DNA of 64,000 bases from Candidatus Omnitrophota bacterium. GTDB lineage: Bacteria > Omnitrophota > Gorgyraeia > Velamenicoccales > JABMQK01. A program made the translations under genes and the position numbers. The stretch is taken from the NCBI GenBank assembly GCA_028711115.1, contig JAQTSV010000001.1, positions 1,304,928 to 1,368,927 of the forward strand, given 5' to 3'. Below the pieces are notes generated by a model. The model was not told where the DNA came from, ran no database searches, and saw only the letters and a list, made by a program, of their open reading frames with translations. How positions within the stretch are numbered: the stretch's first letter is position 1; each line of letters starts with the position of its first letter. Shown piece after piece: positions 36,873 through 45,514 of the stretch.

Positions 36873-38330
36873 CTAGCCTTTTATCACTCCGAGCGGCCTC
36901 ATCTTGCAGACCTTCCTGGAAATTCCGGCGCGCTCAACCACATTTACCACATCATTTATATTCTTGTAAGCAGCAGGCGCTTCTTCTACAAGCGTTTCCC
37001 TGCTTGAGGCTTTAACTGTTATTCCTTTTGATTCTAATTCCTCTAATAAACTTATGGCGTTAAACGACCTTGTGGCTGCGGAACGCGATTTTAATCTGCC
37101 TGCGCCATGGCATGTGGAATAAAAAGTTTCTTTTGCCTTCTCTGTTCCGACAAGTAAATATGAATTCCTTCCCATATCTCCGGGAATTATTACCGGCTGT
37201 CCGTAATTTTTATATTTTTCTGGCAAAGCCGGATGATTCGGGCCCAGCGCCCTGGTCGCGCCTTTTCTATGAACGCAAACTTTCTTTTTCTTTCCGTTTA
37301 CTTCACAAGTCTCAATTTTGGCAATGTTATGGGCTACGTCATAAACCAAAGACATCCCCATATTCTGCCAGGATTTGTTAAACACGCGCTCAAAAGCCAG
37401 GCGCGTCAAATGCATAAGGCACTGGCGGTTTGCCCAGGCGTAATTTGCCGCCGCGCGCATGGCAGAAAGATACTCTTTTCCTTCTTCTGATTCTACAGGA
37501 GCGCAAGCCAATTGTCTATCAGGAACATTAATATTGTATTTGGATAAACAATGAATCATCTTCTTTACGTAATCCTCGCAAACCTGATAACCCAAGCCGC
37601 GCGAACCTGAGTGAATCATTACAGTAATCTGTCCTTCTGCCACGCCGAAAACATTCGCTGTTTCTTTATCGTAAATTTCTTCTACAACCTGGACTTCTAA
37701 AAAATGATTTCCCGAACCCAAAGTGCCGGATTGCGCCTTGCCGCGCTCATACGCCCTGTCTGAAACAGCGTCCGTAGCCGCGCCGCTGATTGCGCCTTCT
37801 TCTTCGCAATAAGTCAAATCATCCTGCGTGCCATAACCTTGCTCCACTGCCCAACGCGCGCCTTTTATTAAGATTTCTTTCTCTTCTCTTGCAGAAACTT
37901 TTATGTCGCCTTTGGAACCTAATCCCGAAGGAACATCATTAAATAAAACATAAACCAAATCTTTTATCTTATTTTTTATTTCGCTAAATAAAAGGTTCGT
38001 GCGCACCAAACGCACGCCGCAATTTATGTCAAAACCAACCCCGCCGGGAGAAATCACACCATTGTTTTCAATGTCTGTCGCCGCCACGCCGCCGATGGGA
38101 AAACCATATCCCCAGTGTATGTCCGGCATGGCCAAAGAATTAGAAACAATCCCCGGAAGAAACGCGACATTGGCAACCTGCTCCGCGGCTTTGTCGTGGC
38201 GAATATCAGCCAGGAGTTTTTCGTCGGCGTAAATTACGCCGTCGGTGCGCATGCCCGGTTTATAACTTTTTGGTATACGCCACCTGACATCATCTATTCT
38301 TTCCAACGGGCCTTGCCAAAGATCTGCCAT
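36873..38330 (-). CDS. rtcB: RNA-splicing ligase RtcB
   Basis: Conserved GVGFDINCGVR, GSGNHF, HSGSRGLG and HGAGR motifs; 485 aa. Confidence 0.95.
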   Translation of the reverse strand: MADLWQGPLERIDDVRWRIPKSYKPGMRTDGVIYADEKLLADIRHDKAAEQVANVAFLPGIVSNSLAMPDIHWGYGFPIGGVAATDIENNGVISPGGVGFDINCGVRLVRTNLLFSEIKNKIKDLVYVLFNDVPSGLGSKGDIKVSAREEKEILIKGARWAVEQGYGTQDDLTYCEEEGAISGAATDAVSDRAYERGKAQSGTLGSGNHFLEVQVVEEIYDKETANVFGVAEGQITVMIHSGSRGLGYQVCEDYVKKMIHCLSKYNINVPDRQLACAPVESEEGKEYLSAMRAAANYAWANRQCLMHLTRLAFERVFNKSWQNMGMSLVYDVAHNIAKIETCEVNGKKKKVCVHRKGATRALGPNHPALPEKYKNYGQPVIIPGDMGRNSYLLVGTEKAKETFYSTCHGAGRLKSRSAATRSFNAISLLEELESKGITVKASSRETLVEEAPAAYKNINDVVNVVERAGISRKVCKMRPLGVIKG

Positions 38331-38338
38331 ATAAAATC

Positions 38339-38755
38339 CTATGTGTCAAAAATAATTCTTGCCTCTAAGCCATCCTGAGTCTCTTTAATTTCCAGCTCGT
38401 GATAAGTTGCGGCTTTTACCTCGGATAAAATTTTATGCTTTGCCGAATCCAGGTTTTCTCCGTGGACTTCGGCGTTTAATTCTTTATCGCTAATTTTATT
38501 TATCTTAAATTCTTTGGGAATGAAATTGCGGGCTGAAAATTGGAATATCAGTTCGTTTAACCAGGAAATCAAAAGCTCTTCCCTGTTATCGTCTTCTAAA
38601 TTAACGCTTATTTTATCGCTTGCCTGGACCTTATTTAAATCCGTGATTAAACTAAACAAACCTTTTGCGGCATTTATAAAAAGTTCTTTTGAGTCTTTGG
38701 CGTAAATCTTAAGGCCTATGTCCGCCGTGTGCTCAAAGGTCTCGAACTTTTTCAT
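38339..38755 (-). CDS. Archease (RtcB activator)
   Basis: N-terminal FEHTADIGLKIYA and the correct length (138 aa). Lies directly upstream of rtcB. Confidence 0.85.
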   Translation of the reverse strand: MKKFETFEHTADIGLKIYAKDSKELFINAAKGLFSLITDLNKVQASDKISVNLEDDNREELLISWLNELIFQFSARNFIPKEFKINKISDKELNAEVHGENLDSAKHKILSEVKAATYHELEIKETQDGLEARIIFDT

Positions 38756-38767
38756 ATAAGGAATTTA

Positions 38768-38840
38768 TGGGCCATGTAGGAGTCGAACCTACGACCTTGA
38801 CATTAAGAGTGTCCTGCTCTACCGATTGAGCTAATGGCCC
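38768..38840 (-). tRNA. tRNA-Lys (anticodon CTT), no encoded CCA
   Basis: GGGCCATTAGCTCAATCGGTAGAGCAGGACACTCTTAATGTCAAGGTCGTAGGTTCGACTCCTACATGGCCCA. Confidence 0.9.
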
Positions 38841-38912
38841 GATTTTTATCTATACGCCATAAGCGAATCCGCCGATGTTTAGTGGCGGAGAGCTAATGAC
38901 ACGGAATTTTTA
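38828..38912 (-). repeat. tRNA 5' cassette E3 (decayed): a single CCGCC hairpin flanked by a diverged duplication of the tRNA-Lys 5' end
   Basis: Proximal gagctaatggcccgattttta (38828-38848) compared with distal gagctaatgacacggaattttta (38890-38912). The interior holds TCCGCC-ACTAAACATC-GGCGGA. Confidence 0.7.
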
Positions 38913-38921
38913 AGTTTGATT

Positions 38922-38950
38922 ATTCTACCGTAAAAATGTGGAATTTGCAA
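38922..38950 (-). promoter_or_regulatory. Sigma70-like promoter upstream of the E3 / tRNA-Lys / archease-rtcB unit
   Basis: On the minus strand, TTGCAA (38950-38945), a 17-nt spacer, then TAGAAT (38927-38922). Confidence 0.55.
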
Positions 38951-39011
38951 TATGCAAAATATTACCCACGTAAGAACTATCTTCCAGAAGAGAACGATCC
39001 CCATCTTTCTA

Positions 39012-39947
39012 TTATTCAAGATTTAGAGGAAAAAATAATTCTGTCTTTTGTAGACTCGCTTTTCCTGTGGCATCGGTAATCTTTTCCCAGCGCAAGATTT
39101 TTAAATTTACGCTTTTCTTATTCTTTGCTAAAGTAGTTAATTCATTAGGATCTTTTACAGACTGGCCGTCTACTTCCAAAATTATATCCAGAAAACGCAA
39201 ACCAATCTTCTCTGCAGGGCTACCTACATATACATCATAAATCAAAAGACCGGTTCCCGACTGGAGCGCAAGCTCTGCTGACTGCTCCTGCTTTAGCGGA
39301 AAAACTGTAAAACCGTATACCATAGAACTTATGATGCGGCCTTGCTCTTTACTCAAGGTAGCAATAGCATTACCCAATAGTTTGGCTGTTTTCTCATTAG
39401 TAACACGCAGGTCAACAGTATTGCCATCATCCAGACGAACCATTAGTTGCCATGGAAATGGACAACTCGGATCAGCCAAAGGATAATTAAAAAGTCCTAA
39501 CGAGGCAACCATGGCAAAAGGAATCACAAATGCCCCTTCATACTGACTAGTATCAGTGTGTGTCTGATAAGACCCACCGTAATAAGGCACATAATTCAAA
39601 CCGACGAAATATCCTCCGCTGTTCGGAACGTATTGGGAATGCTGCACGGCCTCGGTCCACTCCCATTTTGCACGCAAGCCATATTTATCCAGATCAAATG
39701 TCTTAAAATGCTTTCCAAATGTCCCCTTACTAGCCCCAACAAAACTCTCTTGGAGATTTTTTAAGGTTCCCATTGCCTCTTCCGCGCTTGATAGTATCCC
39801 CGGACGATACCAATACCCTTTTGTATAATAGTTTGGGCTCGGCCAAACAGATTTAGCCGGTTGCGTTTGTTCCGTAAATAGGTAATCTAACGTAGCGCAC
39901 CCACTGACAAATACCGCCATAAATAATAAAACGACTATTTTTCTCAT
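39012..39947 (-). CDS. Lipoprotein with a C-terminal PDZ domain
   Basis: Lipobox FVSGC at residues 13-17 and a PDZ-like GSPAEKIGLRFLDIILEVDGQSV. The N-terminal ~200 aa are unassignable. Confidence 0.6.
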   Translation of the reverse strand: MRKIVVLLFMAVFVSGCATLDYLFTEQTQPAKSVWPSPNYYTKGYWYRPGILSSAEEAMGTLKNLQESFVGASKGTFGKHFKTFDLDKYGLRAKWEWTEAVQHSQYVPNSGGYFVGLNYVPYYGGSYQTHTDTSQYEGAFVIPFAMVASLGLFNYPLADPSCPFPWQLMVRLDDGNTVDLRVTNEKTAKLLGNAIATLSKEQGRIISSMVYGFTVFPLKQEQSAELALQSGTGLLIYDVYVGSPAEKIGLRFLDIILEVDGQSVKDPNELTTLAKNKKSVNLKILRWEKITDATGKASLQKTELFFPLNLE

Positions 39948-40058
39948 TTATCACCTCGCACTATTGTTATTTCTTATATGCCTTAAAACCAACTAAAAAA
40001 CTATGCAACTATTATTATACCGCTCCCTGTTAACAAATCAAACAATAGAAAAGTTAGG

Positions 40059-41816
40059 TCATTCTCTATACGGCCTAAGCGATTCCAAAAGCATAGAATC
40101 ATTATACCCCAATTCTTTTGCCTTATCAGCATATTCAAGGGCCAATTGATATTGCCCCTTTTCTTTATAAGCTGTGGCTAAATTATAGTAGGCGCCTGCA
40201 TAAGCCGGATATATCTCTATGGCTTTCTCATACAGGATTATGGCTGAATCGACATTTCCTTTTTTCTGGAATACCGCTCCCAGATTATTGTATGCCTGGG
40301 AAAAACTAGGAAGAAGCTCTATGGCCTTTTTATAAGCGGCTATCTGTTCTTTGATATTGCCGGTCTGGCCATACATTACACCCAAATTATAATATGCCAG
40401 GGTATCATTGGGATCAACCTCCGTGGCCTTCTTATAAAAATAGATGGCCTTGTCGTATTTGCCGATATCCACGTATCCTCCGCCGAGATTATTATAAACT
40501 AACCTGGCATCAGGATAGTACCTCATTATTTCCAGCCATAATGTGACGTCATGCTTCCATACTAAAGTCCCTATCACCGTAAACATCGAATAAAATATTA
40601 AAATTATTATAACAGCGTCTTTCTTGATTTCTTTAAAAATGTTTGATGAAGGCAGCTTCAATAATAATACTGCCACCAGAAGACAAAAACCCACTAAGGG
40701 AATATATAAATAACGGCTGGCCATTATATTGCCTATGGGAAAAATATTTAACACAGGAATAAGAGTCACAAAAAACCAGAATATGGCGAAGGAGGCAAGT
40801 TTTGATGTTTTGCGTATTTTAAAAGCAATGCCCAAGGAAAATACTATCAAAAGAATTGAAAGTATGGCCTCTGGCCTGGATAACGAATCCACAACAAAAG
40901 GAAAATAAGGAATGGGCAGAGTAGCGTGTATGTTTATGGGTATAAAAAGCCATCTTATATAGACGGCCAAGACTTTAAACATCGTAAGGATATTGGTATA
41001 AAAACTATTGCCGGGATATGCCATCAATATTTCACCTGTATTAGACATCGGGAAGAAGAAAACCCACAGATAAAATAAAGTGGCAGCGATATATCCTGCA
41101 TAACGAGACTTAAAATTAATCAATACTTGTTTAAAACTTCTTTCGCAGACAAAATAATAATCGTATAACACCAAAATCAAAGGCAGCGTTATGGCCATCT
41201 CCTTAGAAAATAAAGCCAATAAATACAGGACAACCGACATAGCATAATAATATATTCTCCTTAGTCTGTCATAATTGCTTAACTTGATATACAGAATAAA
41301 AGCACAGATATAGAATAAAAACGCCAATAAATCTTCGCGGAATGCAATACAAGCCACCACTTCAGTAGTGGCAGGATGAACTGCAAATAATGCAGAACCC
41401 AACAAAGAGATTTTTTTGTCTTTGGCTATCAGATTAAATAAAAAATAAAGCAATATCACATTGAAAATGTGCAGGATGAGATTTGTCAGGTGATATCCGA
41501 AGGGATTAAGCTTATAGAGAGAGTAATCTGCAAAATAAGTCAGAGTGCATACAGGCCTGTAGCTTGATTCGCCGGAGCCGACGAGATTTATTACGCCGAA
41601 TTTATTTATTTTCGAGGAAGAGAACAAATAATCTTTGCTAAACATCAAGGAAATATTTTTCCACGATCTTACAAAATTATTGTTTACTATAACCAGATAG
41701 TCGTCCCAGACAAATAAATTCGTGAGCGAATTGGCATATACCAATAATGTCAGCGCTACCAACAGCAGGACTGCGTAATTATTTTTTTCTATAAAATATC
41801 TGTAATTAAACTTCAT
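40059..41816 (-). CDS. Polytopic membrane protein with C-terminal TPR repeats (TMTC/PMT-like putative glycosyltransferase)
   Basis: About 10 TM helices followed by 4-5 TPR units (AYYNLG...). Confidence 0.7.
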   Translation of the reverse strand: MKFNYRYFIEKNNYAVLLLVALTLLVYANSLTNLFVWDDYLVIVNNNFVRSWKNISLMFSKDYLFSSSKINKFGVINLVGSGESSYRPVCTLTYFADYSLYKLNPFGYHLTNLILHIFNVILLYFLFNLIAKDKKISLLGSALFAVHPATTEVVACIAFREDLLAFLFYICAFILYIKLSNYDRLRRIYYYAMSVVLYLLALFSKEMAITLPLILVLYDYYFVCERSFKQVLINFKSRYAGYIAATLFYLWVFFFPMSNTGEILMAYPGNSFYTNILTMFKVLAVYIRWLFIPINIHATLPIPYFPFVVDSLSRPEAILSILLIVFSLGIAFKIRKTSKLASFAIFWFFVTLIPVLNIFPIGNIMASRYLYIPLVGFCLLVAVLLLKLPSSNIFKEIKKDAVIIILIFYSMFTVIGTLVWKHDVTLWLEIMRYYPDARLVYNNLGGGYVDIGKYDKAIYFYKKATEVDPNDTLAYYNLGVMYGQTGNIKEQIAAYKKAIELLPSFSQAYNNLGAVFQKKGNVDSAIILYEKAIEIYPAYAGAYYNLATAYKEKGQYQLALEYADKAKELGYNDSMLLESLRPYRE

Positions 41817-41830
41817 CTGCGGATTTATTC

Positions 41831-42415
41831 TTAAATTTTTCTTATATTATTTATTTTAGACACAAGTTCTTCCTTTATTTCCGCATACTGCGGTTTTAAA
41901 ACAGCTACAGCTTTATAAAGCGCATCCAAAGCGGACCTGTCATCGCCAGTCTGCAAATACGCGTCGGCCAAGTTCTCGTAAGTAACAGCCCTGTTATTAT
42001 CTAATTCCAGGGCCTTGCGAAAACAATCTATCGCCTCGCTGTGCCTGCCGATTTTGTTAAGCAGCCATCCTTTATTATGATGAATTGTAGCAAAGTCCGG
42101 TTCGGCTTTTATGCCTGCATCAAAATATTTTAATGCCTCATCTATTATGCCTGTTTCTACCATGCAAAGGGCTCTATCATTATAGGAGGCGCCGTCATGG
42201 GGATTATATTTTATCGCCATATCAAAATGTTCTATGGCTTTGGGATAATTCTCGTCGATAATCTCCAGCTGTCCTTTAAAATATTCTACTTCGCCTAACG
42301 CTCCTTTATCTTTAGAAAAAGACAGCCCCAAATGTGCAAGTTGTTTAGCCATATCAAAGTCTGCGTAAGTAATTGCTTCATCCAAATCTAGACGGATTTT
42401 TAATATGTCGTCCAT
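41831..42415 (-). CDS. TPR repeat protein
   Basis: Repeated TPR consensus (A..Y...A.......A......A....P). Confidence 0.75.
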   Translation of the reverse strand: MDDILKIRLDLDEAITYADFDMAKQLAHLGLSFSKDKGALGEVEYFKGQLEIIDENYPKAIEHFDMAIKYNPHDGASYNDRALCMVETGIIDEALKYFDAGIKAEPDFATIHHNKGWLLNKIGRHSEAIDCFRKALELDNNRAVTYENLADAYLQTGDDRSALDALYKAVAVLKPQYAEIKEELVSKINNIRKI

Positions 42416-42453
42416 AAATTAATAATTTTATTTATAAAAATAACAATCATTTT

Positions 42454-42527
42454 CGCGCTCGGGGAGAGTTGAACTCCCAACATCCAGTTCCGAAGACTGG
42501 CGCTCTGTCCAATTGAGCTACGAGCGC
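42454..42527 (-). tRNA. tRNA-Arg (anticodon TCG), no encoded CCA
   Basis: GCGCTCGTAGCTCAATTGGACAGAGCGCCAGTCTTCGGAACTGG...GAGTTCAACTCTCCCCGAGCGCG. Confidence 0.9.
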
Positions 42528-42537
42528 AATAAACTTA

Positions 42538-42984
42538 TTACTTATAAATATCTATGAGCTGCAGCCTCGTCGCCTCAAGACGCTCAGTAAAAACACTCAT
42601 TAGCCTCTTTAATAATTCATAACCCAAATCTGAATTCTTTTCGCATTTTTCCCTCAAACATTTTCCGTCCAATGCCAGCGCGCGCGTATTCTCCACGGCT
42701 TTAGCAGTAAAACGATAACGATACGGCGGGATAAGCCATGACCATCCTAAAATATTACCTTCGCGAATAGTCTGTATGGAAATCTGACGGGGCTGGTCTA
42801 TATAGATGAGTACCTGACCGCTACGAATAATATAAAATTTATCCGCAGACTCACCTTCTTTGATGATAACCTCCCCTGCTTTAAATACAACATGAGAAGT
42901 ACAACCTATAAGAAAATCAATGTATTTTGACGACAGGTCTTTGAAGAATGGATGTTCTGTGAGAATTGGCTCAAGGGTTGCCAT
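42538..42984 (-). CDS. Stand-alone cyclic-nucleotide-binding domain protein
   Basis: cNMP-binding beta-roll (FKAGEVIIKEGESADKFYIIRSGQV...GNILGWSWL) with no output domain. Confidence 0.8.
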   Translation of the reverse strand: MATLEPILTEHPFFKDLSSKYIDFLIGCTSHVVFKAGEVIIKEGESADKFYIIRSGQVLIYIDQPRQISIQTIREGNILGWSWLIPPYRYRFTAKAVENTRALALDGKCLREKCEKNSDLGYELLKRLMSVFTERLEATRLQLIDIYK

Positions 42985-43099
42985 TTTTCCTCCTTTTTTA
43001 CAATTATATCGTTACAAAGACTAGCACTCTATATGGACGCAGAATATCTATGAATTCTTATAAAACGAATTGTCCAAAGACAAGGATATTTTATCAGAT

Positions 43100-43819
43100 T
43101 TATATCAATTCGCAATCTTTTCCCAGAATTGATTGGATCTTTCTTAATCTCTGGATTAGAGGGGTTTTGACCCAAGATTCGGATGGCGGTCGGCTGGGTG
43201 TATTTAGCTGGATTTTGTCAGGATTGATTTTTTTAATTACCTCTTTAAATTTCTTTATATACTCTAAATCATCATTAATTCCCTTTACCAACATTATCTC
43301 AAGCCAAATCTTTCCTTTAAATTCCCGGCGCAGCGCTATGAGACCGTTAATTATGTCTTCTACTTTTATTTTGGTGCCTGCGGGCCTGTCTATTTTTTCA
43401 AATATGTCCTGGGTAATTGCATCCAGGGAAGGCAATATTAAATCAAAATTCAAAACATCTCTTCTCACTCGGACGTCGGAAAATAAAGCAGAATTGGTTA
43501 TCAGGGCAACCGGAATACTGGTAAGTTTCTTTATCCCGGAGATTATATCTTTTATCTTGGAGTTTAACAACGGCTCACCGGAGCCGGCGACAGTGATATA
43601 ATCTATTTTCTTACAATCGGGGTAAGCTTTCAAAAATTGGCCGAGTTCTGAAAGTACGGCTTTGGCTTTAACATATTCCCTTCTGTCTAAAGTGAGTCTT
43701 GTCGTATTCTTAAGCTGACAGTATACGCAATTAAATGCGCAATACTTGTAAGGCGTCACACTCAGCCCCAAAGACATGCCCAATCTTCTGGATTTAACCG
43801 GACCGTAAATATGATTCAT
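43100..43819 (-). CDS. Radical SAM protein (COG0731-like)
   Basis: CxxxCxxC motif (CAFNCVYC) after the conserved N-terminal GPVKSRRLGMSLG. Confidence 0.8.
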   Translation of the reverse strand: MNHIYGPVKSRRLGMSLGLSVTPYKYCAFNCVYCQLKNTTRLTLDRREYVKAKAVLSELGQFLKAYPDCKKIDYITVAGSGEPLLNSKIKDIISGIKKLTSIPVALITNSALFSDVRVRRDVLNFDLILPSLDAITQDIFEKIDRPAGTKIKVEDIINGLIALRREFKGKIWLEIMLVKGINDDLEYIKKFKEVIKKINPDKIQLNTPSRPPSESWVKTPLIQRLRKIQSILGKDCELI

Positions 43820-43826
43820 AAAAAAT

Positions 43827-43850
43827 GGAGGGGGCTTTTTCTTCCCCTCC
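43827..43850 (-). terminator. Hairpin and U-run between lpxI and the radical SAM gene
   Basis: GGAGGGG-AAGAAAAAGC-CCCCTCC followed by ATTTTTT, abutting the radical SAM ATG. Confidence 0.55.
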
Positions 43851-43899
43851 TTATTATATCATAGCCAAAAACTAAATTTGGCGTAAAATTACAGCATTA

Positions 43900-44712
43900 T
43901 CAAATAGCTACAATAGCTAAATTATGTTTTTTGGCTTTTTTAATGCACTTCTCTTTGTCGATAAGAAGCGTCTTTTTTGCCTCAAAAGCCAGACACTTTG
44001 CCTTTATTTTTACCAGATTATCTATGGTCTGCAAACCTATTACAGGTATATCGAATCGCATATCCTGATTGGGTTTGGAGACTTTTACTACCACGCATCC
44101 TCTGCTGGCAATAGTTCCGGCGCGCCTTATGGTGGCATCAGTACCTTCCATCGATTCTACAGCCACAATGGCTTTATTCTTTACGACCACAGTCTGGCCT
44201 ATATCCAGACGCGCTATTTCCTTTGCTATGCGAAATCCGAAATTAATATCATCCCAAACCTCTTTGGGGAGCTCTTCTGCTGTGAGCACTCCTTTTTTGG
44301 GCAGGTAATCCTCCAAAAACATCGTGGAATCTAATATTTTTATGCCGGATTCTAATATTTTTTGCGCGATAGCACCAAAAATTGAATCTGCGCGCCTGTC
44401 TTCTAAATCTACGATTAATTTTCTCAGATCTTCATCACGAAAGATTTCTTTATGAAATAATGTGCGTGGCTGAATCTGTCCTGCCATAATCACACTTTCA
44501 ATGTGCACATTCTTTAAGAATTCAAAAATTTTGCGGAATTCGCTTATCTTAAACCACTTTATACCGTCGACAAAATTCTTGAGACGCGGATCGGCGTTGC
44601 CGGTTATGGCAATAGCCAAAACACAAAAACCCTTGGCCTTTGCAGCTTTGGCAAACAGAAAAGGAAACTTGCCACTGCCAGCTATCAAACCAATTTTTTG
44701 CTGAACGGTCAT
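43900..44712 (-). CDS. lpxI: UDP-2,3-diacylglucosamine pyrophosphatase LpxI
   Basis: DUF1009-type sequence (IGLIAGSGKFP...) in an lpx cluster that lacks lpxH. Confidence 0.8.
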   Translation of the reverse strand: MTVQQKIGLIAGSGKFPFLFAKAAKAKGFCVLAIAITGNADPRLKNFVDGIKWFKISEFRKIFEFLKNVHIESVIMAGQIQPRTLFHKEIFRDEDLRKLIVDLEDRRADSIFGAIAQKILESGIKILDSTMFLEDYLPKKGVLTAEELPKEVWDDINFGFRIAKEIARLDIGQTVVVKNKAIVAVESMEGTDATIRRAGTIASRGCVVVKVSKPNQDMRFDIPVIGLQTIDNLVKIKAKCLAFEAKKTLLIDKEKCIKKAKKHNLAIVAI

Positions 44713-44725
44713 ATGAAACCTTAGC

Positions 44726-45514
44726 CTAACGGCTTATACCTCTTTTAGAGTTTTTAACAAAAGAAATTAGGTGTGAAAGTTCGGGTGAAAAATCTTTAAA
44801 TTCTTCTTCTAGCTTTTTCGCGGCATGTGTAAAAGAAAGACCGGAATGGAATAAAATCTTAAAAGCGGTTTTTAGCTGGTGAATCGTATTTTTTGCGATA
44901 TTCGCTCGTTTCAGTCCGACGGAATTAATGCTGTAGACTTTGGCGGGATGGCCATCGCAGGTAGAATACGGAGGAACATCCTGCACCACCTTTGAGCAAC
45001 CGCCTATTATAGCCAGCTTACCTATATTTACAAATTGATGCACAGCTGAAAGCCCGCCGATTACCACTTCGTCTTCTACACTAACATGGCCGGCCAAGGT
45101 GGCATTATTGGCAAATATACATCTATTGCCTACTTCACAATCATGCGCAATATGGCTATAGGCCATTATCAGATTGCCGTCGGCGATTTTCGTGGTATTG
45201 CCTTTGGTACCGGTATTTATGGTAACGTATTCTCTGATAATATTGTTATTGCCTATAACAAGAAAACTCTCTTCACCTTTATATTTTAAATCCTGCGGCG
45301 GACTGCCGATAACTGCCCCGGAAAATATTTTGTTATTTTCGCCGATATCAACACAGCCCTCTATAGTGACATTATTCAATATCTTGGTCGCCTTGCCAAT
45401 CTTTACGTTATCGCCGATAACACTGTAAGGGCCGACTTCCACATCTTTGCCTAAATGTGCTTTCTTGGAGATAACTGCTGTAGAGTGAATCTTTGCCATA
45501 TTTTTACTCATCAA
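44726..45514 (-). CDS. lpxA: Acyl-ACP--UDP-N-acetylglucosamine O-acyltransferase
   Basis: Left-handed beta-helix hexapeptide repeats plus the LpxA C-terminal helical domain. Confidence 0.92.
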   Translation of the reverse strand: MMSKNMAKIHSTAVISKKAHLGKDVEVGPYSVIGDNVKIGKATKILNNVTIEGCVDIGENNKIFSGAVIGSPPQDLKYKGEESFLVIGNNNIIREYVTINTGTKGNTTKIADGNLIMAYSHIAHDCEVGNRCIFANNATLAGHVSVEDEVVIGGLSAVHQFVNIGKLAIIGGCSKVVQDVPPYSTCDGHPAKVYSINSVGLKRANIAKNTIHQLKTAFKILFHSGLSFTHAAKKLEEEFKDFSPELSHLISFVKNSKRGISR

